A stretch of 64,000 nucleotides of DNA from Chrysomallon squamiferum. Lineage: Eukaryota > Animalia > Mollusca. This document shows, one piece after another, positions 54,156 through 64,000 of this stretch. Below the pieces are notes generated by a model. That model ran no database searches, was not told where the DNA came from, and was given only the letters and a program-made list of their open reading frames with translations. A program made the translations under genes and the position numbers. Location of the stretch: contig CM022671.1 of NCBI GenBank assembly GCA_012295275.1, positions 15,748,001-15,812,000 on the forward strand, in the 5' to 3' direction. How positions within the stretch are numbered: position 1 is the stretch's first letter; each line of letters begins with the position of its first letter.

Positions 54156-55477
54156 TAAGATTAATGATATACCAGGGTTCTAGCCACTGAACTATCCATG
54201 ACACAGGAAAATGGCAAAATGTAGTTAGATAACTCTGCGGTTGGCTCAATGCTACAAAATTGCTGGCCCACAGCCCGTTATATAAAAAGTATCATGACCT
54301 TCTGTGCTAACTATGAACTAAAATTCCACAGACTTCCGTCAACAAAATAACATACTCCACTCTGTAGATTCTTTATACGTAATTGTTTTTAAAGTGGTAG
54401 AAATAACGAAGATACACATTACGTGTGCGTGGACTGATAAATGACAGACATAACCGAGATACACTTTACGTGAGTGGACTGATAAATCAGCAGAAGGGTT
54501 TACTGAAATCTTAAACGTTATGTGAACGCACGTTTACCTGAAAGTACCTGTGAAAAAAAGCGTGTCAGTTAGGTAACTGCCGTTTTTATCTCCAACCTCG
54601 ACACACTTACGTGTGCACTCTTCAGTCTCGTGACAGAATTCGGTTAATATGTTATTTTGTTCAACTTTCCACACTACGTTCAGCTGATGTTTTCACATTA
54701 AGTTATTATTTCATCTACGTCCGATTAAATTTCTTTTTTATTTATTTTTTTTGTATTTGCCGTATTCAGGATCTGTTTCAAAACTCTGAGTTTGCACTAT
54801 TACAAGTCATTCGCCTCCCCTTCATCCAGAAACAGTTTGAGGACGACAGGAAACTGAAATGTGCTGATAAGCAAAAATTAAATTTAAACTTGAATAATCA
54901 CCAAAAATAAAATCATGATAATGAAAGTACTTTAATTCTGTACTGCTATCGTTATAGAAAAAAAGCTTCATAGTTAATAAATAAAACTTATTATTATAAA
55001 TAGTAGTAATAATAACAGTGGTAGTAGTAGCTGTAGTAGTGGTAACAGTGGCAGCAACATTTAGTAGTAGCAGTAGTAATAATAGTAACAGTAGTAGCAG
55101 CAGTGGTACTGGTATAAGTAGTAACTACTAGTAGTAGTAGTAGTAAAAGTAGAAGCAATAGCAGCTGAAGTAGTAGCAATAGTACTAACGATAATAATAG
55201 CAGTAATAGTAGAGGTGATGTAGCAAAAATGATACGTAGTAAGAGAATAACCTGTACATGTATGTATATGCATAATAATATCAGATATACAAAAACGGCT
55301 GCTGATACTTCACATATTGCCTGATCAGCGGAAACTAATCTCTCGTCTTCTCATCAGCACAAAAGCATGTATATCGATTAATAATAAATAAATAAATAAT
55401 TAAATAAATAAATAAATAAACAACAATAAGAAAAAAAATAAGAAAAGTAAAACATAAAAATAAATTCAGAGAACAGT

Positions 55478-55570
55478 CTGGTGCGAGAAATAATTTAAAA
55501 TGAACACCGAATGGGTTTGATCCAAAGACCAATTACACCTCATCCTTCGACTGAACTACCTCGCGTTCCT
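55478..55570 (-). mobile_element. Decayed SINE head fragment
   Basis: CTGGTGCGAGAAATA..CACCGAATGGGTTTGATCC..GACTGAACTA parallels 8590-8680. Confidence 0.4.
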
Positions 55571-56636
55571 TATTGAATGTGGAATTTCAATAAGGAATTA
55601 GGGGCTGTAAACGAAGAAAGAAAATGGCCATGACGCACTGAAACCTGGGGTAGCTCCACACAAACCGGTGACGTCATTGAATATTGACAATAAGCGAAAA
55701 GAGGTACTTCAGTGTTTTTATTAAAATCGTTTTCAGACGCAAACACGAGTATCACGGATGCCATACTTCTGTCGTTTGACTCGAGCAGAAGTAACAAAAC
55801 AACCATTGTTTCTTAGGCTGGAAACCCTAACTCCAGCTGTTTTTAATTACTTCAAGAATGAATGGCAACTTCATTAATGAATGAATGAAGATTTGATGAA
55901 TGAATATTTATAATAAATGAATGGATAAATGAATGAATATTTAATTTTATTTATATCAACATAATAATACTTCGAAAAATCAAACAGTTAAAAGTACACA
56001 AGTTAACACTTTTTCTAGAAGATAAAATGTATGTAGTTATATATGTATGTATTAATGTGTATGTATAACTGTATGTATATTTATATATATATATATATAT
56101 GGATGTATATCTATATATCTATCTATACACGCACGCACACATACAAAATACACGCACAAACAGATACGAATATCAATACATACATACATACATATATACA
56201 ATGAAGGCAAAAAAAATAAAGAAAATGCTTTATTATCATGTCAGCACAAAAATATATCGGTAATATTTGTTCTAGGACTTATATATATATATATATATAA
56301 TACTTAGAAGTGTAAACAAAGAAAACTGGTGGTCTCATAAGAACACGCTTACTAGTAGTGATACTTAGAGCGGTGTCGTATCTCTTACGTGACCCCGATA
56401 GAGCCAAGCTGTTGCGTATTAGACCTTGTTTACTGTTAATACAGTCCAAATTATTTACACTATTTTGTTTCTGTCTGCATCCAGTTTGCTCTTATCATTT
56501 TTTATTTTTCTATGATATTGTTTTCTTACTTCGTTTGTGTATAACCACATCTTGTTAGTGGGTTTTTTTTTTTTATAATCGTCATCGTCATTGTTATTAT
56601 TATCGTCATCATGTTCATTATTATCACTGTAATTAC

Positions 56637-56692
<56 letters not shown>

Positions 56693-57516
56693 TTCACGAT
56701 TCGTAGTAGCAGTAGCAACAGTAATAGTAGTATATATTTATATATTTATTTATTTATGTTGTTGTATTATGTTCGTGATGGTGGTGGTGGTAATACTGAT
56801 GATTATGTTATTTCGAATGATATTAAATTGTATTAACACTATTAATAATGAAATTGTATTTTACTTTATACGTTATCGCAAAGTAAAAACAAATTTAGTA
56901 AATTAACACTTCGATATGATAACATGCACTGGAATAACAATAACCTGCATGACTCACTTTTCGGTTATGCAAAAACATGTACAACTGCAGCTTTACGCGT
57001 TTGTTTTTAATGTGTATACATGAACTCTCGATACTCATATACGTATGTGATTACGAATTATATAAAATATATTCGTGCGATAGCAGTATAACCCGTAACC
57101 GTAGAAAATAAGTATTTAGCCTACTCTTTCACACAAAGCATTCAGCACGGGTCAGTGACAAAAGTAATTGTAGCTTCAGCTGTGTACAATGCTAATTATC
57201 TTCAATTGAACGAAAATGATGGAACGCTCGGGGGAAAAAAACGAAAAAAAAGAAAAAAAAAACAGCTGATCTGAACTTTTTACACCCTGTATTTTCACCC
57301 ACACTCAAAGGTGAAACCGTACACCTCAACAAATATATAAAAACACACCCAACTGAAGTAATTACAGGGTTTGCACCCACGTTGTCAGTAAATTAGTCTT
57401 CAAAACGGAAACATTTGTAACAAATTATTCCTTTCGAAATTTGTTTTTAGTGCTGTTTTTTGTGCTGGATACAACGACCCTGTATTCGGACACACAAACC
57501 AGTCCGTCATGTCTCG

Positions 57517-57575
<59 letters not shown>

Positions 57576-57748
57576 ATAATAAAGAAATGCATAAATCTTA
57601 CTGCTGATAAATTTTCTTTTTATTTATTTAATTTTTGCTTTATCATCATTGTTGTTGTTGTTGTTGTTGTTTTGTGGGTGTTTTTTTTATTGTTGATGAA
57701 CATAACCTCCCCCCCAAAAAAAAAAAATTAAAATAAAAATAAAAAAAA

Positions 57749-57797
<49 letters not shown>

Positions 57798-58104
57798 GAT
57801 GTTGTATAGAAATATAACATAAAAAATATATATATAATGTACTTTTGTTAAAAGTTGTATTAATTTGTTAGGAATATTTGTTATTTTCTAATTAAAGAAC
57901 ACGAATTATTTAGTAAAAAAAACAAAAATATTACATTATTTGATAAGGATTTATAAAGAATATGATTTGCACCTGTGTTTATTTTCTTTCTAAACGGTAC
58001 ACAGAACAATAAATATTAGCTGTCATACTTTTATTTGATATACATGTCCTAATTTCACCGAGTATTTCTGAAACCTCACATCCGATATGTATATCATATA
58101 TACA

Positions 58105-58135
<31 letters not shown>

Positions 58136-58719
58136 TTTAAAGACTATTAAAATTTCACACGCTATCGTTTTGTTTACACTATATGCAAAAAGAAAATTAT
58201 TTATTACAAGACACAAAATATAATAAACTTTCAAAAAGAAATAAATAAAACTAAAAAATAAAATAATGGTGAAACGTGACCTGTTGCCCTCTCTCCTCCT
58301 GAATTGCAGTAGACATGTGAAGTGTGAAGGTCGGATGTGTTTACAAACAAACGAACTAACCACGTGCAGATGGAGTGTACGACATCGTTAGAATGCGGTC
58401 ACCAAACCTGACACTAATTATACTGAATAGTTTGTATGAAAAGATCCAGAATAATATTTATTTTATTCTTCTTATTATTATTATTACTTTGTTCAGTCTG
58501 CTGGCATCAGTTCTTGACGTATCGTCTGCTCGAGTTCGAGGGCGCGCTCTGTATACGTCACAGCCAAGCACTGGTTTTCACCCTAGTGAAACATTTTTCA
58601 CGTAAAAGATGTTATTATGTGAACGCAATTGTAATATTATAATAAAATATTTTACAGTGTGTTTGTCATTGTTTTCCTAAAACCAGGTCTTGGATAAATT
58701 TTGTTTCCATACCAATAAC

Positions 58720-58731
58720 AACAACAACAGC

Positions 58732-58796
<65 letters not shown>

Positions 58797-58865
58797 TAAC
58801 AATAACAATAATAAATAAATAAATAAATAAATAAGCAGCAGCAGCAGCAACAACAACAACAACAA
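58720..58865. repeat. Compound (AAC)/(AAT)/(AAAT)/(AGC) simple repeat
   Basis: Direct reading. Confidence 0.9.
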
Positions 58866-60211
58866 AAACAACTATAAATTAATAAAAACAATCAGAGCAA
58901 CAGTAACAAAAACGACAGTAATAATAATAATAAACAACATTAACAACAACAATGAAAATAGCAAAAACAAATTAAATAATAAACTTTAAAAGGAAATAAA
59001 CTTATAACAAATCTGGATGTCTAAATTAAGTTTATTGTTCAGTGCAAGCAGGCAAAATGTACCTAGTTAATTCGGTTACTGCAGAGTCACGTATATCCAA
59101 ACATAACTAGCGCTCAAGTGTTTGTTTATTTTTCAAAATAAGGGCAGAAACAAGATGTTGGTCACTGTTGTTACTCGAATAACAACATCAGTGAGAAAAA
59201 AAAAAAAGGTAATACAATATATCGTTCACTGTATTCTTCACTGTCTGTCATTTTTGTCGTGTTTTGATATTTTTTTATTATTATTTATTTTTTTTATTTT
59301 TTCAAGAGCGAGAGAAATCTTTTATATTTGAAATTTATTTTTGTTTATCAGTCTGTCTCTCTATCTAATCTTTCAATTTATTTTGGCTTTATCAATGGTT
59401 TAGAGATATATATAAAAAAAAAAAAAAAACTCAATTTTTTTTCTTCTATTTTATTTTATTTATTTATTTATTTATGATGATGATGATGATGATGATTAGT
59501 ATTAAGATTATCATATTTAAAAAAAAATAAAATAAAATAAAATATTATTATATTTTAAAGAAGAGAGATCTTTTATATGTTTCCTGAAACGGACTGGATT
59601 CACGTACCAATGACGCATCAACGTGACTCACGGAGTAACAGAACAACTACCAGGTGCAGGAAGAAGAAAAAATACATAGATACATTTAACAAGAAGATAA
59701 AAATAAAATACGTATTGATTTCCGAGAATTTTTTTTTTCCTTTTCTTTTTCTTTTCTTTTAATTTTTCTTATTATTATTTAATATTATTATTATTATATT
59801 TTGTTGTTGTTGTTGTTGTTGTTTTGTCTACATAAGCGAACTTCAAATCATAGAAATTAATAATAACCAATAATAATAGCAACAACAACAATGATAATAA
59901 TAATAAATGATCTGTTATTACATGTATGTAACAGTTTGCACATGCCTGGTGCGTGATACAGTTCAAGTGCATATTTCTGTTGTCATCGTCACAGATGTTT
60001 AAAGTACAATGCAGTTTGCTGACGCTGACGTAGAGCAGGTGGAATTCAAATGCATGTTCACCACATGGCACATGATAAATTAGGCATTGCCAATTTATTC
60101 TCTGATATGACCTTTGATCCAGAGAAGAAATTTTAAGCAACAATAAGCTGTTTTTAAAACTAATTACAATGAATAATATTTGTATTCAGCAAGCTACAAT
60201 TGCATATTCAG

Positions 60212-60222
<11 letters not shown>

Positions 60223-60305
<83 letters not shown>
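60223..60305. repeat. (GA)n microsatellite
   Basis: Direct reading. Confidence 0.95.
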
Positions 60306-60307
<2 letters not shown>

Positions 60308-62194
60308 ACCATTATCTATGTTTACGTAAATTATTGACACCGTCAGTGTCATTACCCAGTCACTGGAAGTTATAATAAATAATTTATATTTAAGGTCACG
60401 TTTATTAGCAATGTGACCTATTATCTGTGTACAACAGTCAACAAAATGTTTCTGATAATACCTGAATTTCGTGTGCCTTGCAGCTCTTTCTTATCTCTGA
60501 AAAGTCAAATAGGTGACATTGTTTTATCACTAAGAGGTCTCTTACTGGCATTTAAAAAAAAATAATTAATTAATTAATTAAATTAAAAATTGTGAAAAAA
60601 AACAAAAGCATTTTTTTTTTTTATAACCCGTTACTATTTTTATCTTTATTCTTAATAACAGAGAAAGAAAACTGCAATTTAATTTTAATTTTAAGAAAGT
60701 TAATTTGGATCGTAATAAGGAATTATTTCAGTCATTAAAATGGGTAATAAATGTAACAAATTATGGGTAGAAACTTACACAAATATCGAAATATTACTGT
60801 GTCCTTTTCTACAACCCTCTGGCTTAAACGTATTTTAAAATATTTATAAATTACTGATTGTAATGAAACCTTGAAATGATTTACCTTGAAACATTTTTTT
60901 TTTAATTATTATTATGTATGAAATGACGTCACAAAGGAGACAACGTCAATAACACTCAAACGTCCTCAACAGTTTTTACCTTATTCTCCTCATACGTTAT
61001 TATTGTACAGTTAAAAACAAATAAATCAGTAATTATAGAACATTTGTTTATTTCTTTATAGAACATTTGTACGCAGTTTTCTAAAACGTTATTTTGTTAT
61101 AAATATCACGATTATTACTATCAAAAGGCGATTATCGGTGTTGGATTATCGATATTTTTTTTTTTTTTTTTTTTTTTTTTGAAAAATTTACTCCACGTAC
61201 TTGCACAGAGTGCGTGCCTACGAGCGTCACTGATCCACCAAAATATGTTTATAAGCTATGGTAATACGATTATATAATCCCGTATTTATTCCGGTTATAA
61301 GAGTTTCTCGACGACTTATTCGATTTATCGTTTGATGCAGTTTAAATGATGATGGCTGTCAGGTATAATTAGTCACGAATCTTTACACGATAGTTACAAA
61401 CACGTTAATAATTTATTTCACGGTAGATATTTGTGACAAAGCTAAACTCTAGTAGGTTATATAAATTAAAAAAAAATTATAAAATATTTGTTCCCATTTC
61501 CTTTTTACAAAATGTCGATCTTTTATTTCCGTTTTCTTATTCTTTTCTTCTATCCTAATTTTATTCAGTCAAATTAATGTGACGGGTTTTCTTTTGTAGT
61601 TTGTATTGTTTTGTTTTGTTTTTTGTTTTTTTTTTTTTTTTTTTTTTTTTATGATTGTTTTTGCGTGCATATGTGCGTGTGCGTGTGTGCGTGTCATCAT
61701 TTTCGACTGATCAGCATGTTTTAGTTTGGGGGGAGGAGATAAATGCTGCGCCGAAAACAACAGAGCTAACTGATTGACTGACATTTCATAATTAGAATCG
61801 GAAATAAACTAATATACAGTCATACAAAGAATACTAGTAATGCTGTTTTAACTTAACTTTCCTAGGCTGATATATGACGTATAACTGAAACGATATTTAA
61901 TAAACTATTTAATATTGCATCCCTTAGTGCCAAATGAAATATTTTTATTCTTGCTGATTCCTAATGACAAATGAAAACCTAATCAATAAAAATGAAGTAT
62001 ATTTAGCTTAAACTGAGACTTTGATACCTGTCTGCACGATATAGTATCATGCTGGCGCGCATTTCGAGTTAATATTATTATAAGAATATTATAAAGACAA
62101 ACTTGTATGTTCAAATCTCGTCTGAAAAATGCACACTAATTCATAACCGCAATCAAAATTTTCATTGCAAACCTCTCAACACACACCCACACAC

Positions 62195-62236
<42 letters not shown>

Positions 62237-63127
62237 GTCACAGACAAAATAAATACTATCATGCGTTATGTGATAGAAAAGGGGTGGGAAAAAATATGAC
62301 TAACTTCTTCCCTTTTAGCATGACATTTTGGCCTCCTAGGTCATGAACCTGACTTAATCAAACAGACTGCGAAAATAAAGACCGTCCATGCGCCTTTCAC
62401 GTGAGATACCTAAGTTATATCACAAAACACTGGTCACTGCCGTATATTATTCACATCAGTGATAATACGAGAGTGATTTCACAAGCAATTTTTTTGTAGC
62501 ATAATGAATATTACCTGCGTTAGAAATCTCTCCAGTGGTGAGACGGAAACCTTATACACCACTTACGAAGTATCACACAATGTTACGTACGGTAGGATTA
62601 TTTTCTTTTTATTAATTTGATTATTATCTTTTAATTACGTTATTATTATTATAATTTGCTAGACGGTTTTGAATTTGCACCACCGTTCGTTTTTTTGTTT
62701 TATTTCTTTTAAGCTATTTTTTTTTTCAGCTTGGTTGAAATATTTAATTACATATCTGTGTATTGATGGGGATGTGCATTAATTAATGTCATCGGATGAA
62801 TAATTACAGTTAGTAATTAATTTTAAAAATGTTTTAATTATTGTAATGTATGCATAATCGACGTCGTGTACATTGTCGGGCATGTAATGAGGCAATGCAG
62901 ATATTGTATAGAAATAAAATGCTTGCTTAGTGTGTGTGGTTGGGTTTCTTTTTATTGTTATTACTATTCTTTGTTTTTACGTGAAAAAAATAATATCGGG
63001 TTATCTATGTCTGACTGTATTCACAGCAGCGGCCCCAAAATTATGATTAACTTTAGTTTATTTCTGTTCTTTGCGTGGATTCGCATAACATTGTTTTAAC
63101 ATTACAAGCCATTCATGGCAAACTAAA

Positions 63128-63161
<34 letters not shown>

Positions 63162-63671
63162 TTTTATTAAAAGAAGATTTCAAATACTCTAATATAAAAT
63201 AATTATGAAATATTTTCAGAATATATAATCCTGATAATTAAAAACCTCATTAAAGTACAACTTGTGTCCTTTTAATTCTTAATTAATTTGTCGTGTTTTT
63301 GAATTCCGCCCGACGACGGTTTATAAAATACGTTTGGCGTCTGATGCTTTTATAATTTATTTTAAAATAATGTTAATTAATGTTACAAGGGCAAATAAAA
63401 AAAAATTCAAAAGATAATAATAATAACAAATGTGTTGCATTGGTAATTTTAAACTATATGTTTTATTTGATAAATAAAATCGTTCATCATTTTACTGCAT
63501 TACTGAAAAAAAAAAAAAAAAAAAAAAAAATATGGATTTATATGTTAATTAAAATAATTTAAATGTTTTTCTCTTTTTTAACTGCTTGTAAACATCGTTG
63601 TTACTACAATAAAAAAAAATAAAAAAAGCAAGAAAAAATATTATCGTGGAATTTGCAGACGTTTGCAAGCT

Positions 63672-63710
<39 letters not shown>

Positions 63711-64000
63711 TGCGTCGTTATAATGAAATATGCAGATGTTTTCAATTAGGAGTCGTCTTTATGAAACACGACATTTAGGGTTTTCAAAAAGAAGATTCAT
63801 CTAAAGATTTGAATGAGTTCGTCATTTCTGTAGCATCATTCTAAAACTGCATTGTGATATTTTGTATCACAGACATGGGAAAACGAGGCCGTTCACCGAC
63901 TTTGAGGAATTGCTGTAGTTTTGCACGTGATATCAAAAAGATCATGATAAAGTTGACCCCGATTTGAGCCAATGGCTGCAAACGCGTAACTGCTAATGGA

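Noticed and set aside
58515-58560. Possible pre-miRNA hairpin TGACGTAT...ATACGTCA
   Set aside because: The stem is only 8 bp plus a 5-bp inner pairing, too interrupted, and matches no miRNA I recognise.

Overview
AT-rich, microsatellite-dense eukaryotic (animal) genomic DNA, probably a mollusc or gastropod; the taxon is inferred only from recalled SINE similarity. One protein-coding gene is supported: a class A aminergic GPCR of the histamine H1 receptor type on the + strand. It has two coding exons (7385-7645 and 38081-39733, phase-0 GT-AG junction, about 637 aa) separated by a 30,435-bp intron. The rest is non-coding. It holds several unrelated minisatellites, including a 3.3-kb 35-37-bp array with higher-order structure and a 50-bp array touching the splice acceptor. 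It also holds decayed tRNA-type SINE copies, a young TA-flanked Tigger/pogo-type MITE nested in an older Tigger-like relic, and a deleted hAT (Charlie/SPIN/GTF2IRD2-like) element. Two local palindromes and two pairs of dispersed repeats are present. No CRISPR, rRNA or tRNA is seen, and most short ORFs in the track are microsatellite translations. I cannot claim a new biological system from sequence alone. The best leads are the receptor pocket (H1 residues kept, W6.48 changed to F), its leader and acceptor architecture, and a convergent repeat pair that keeps splice signals.
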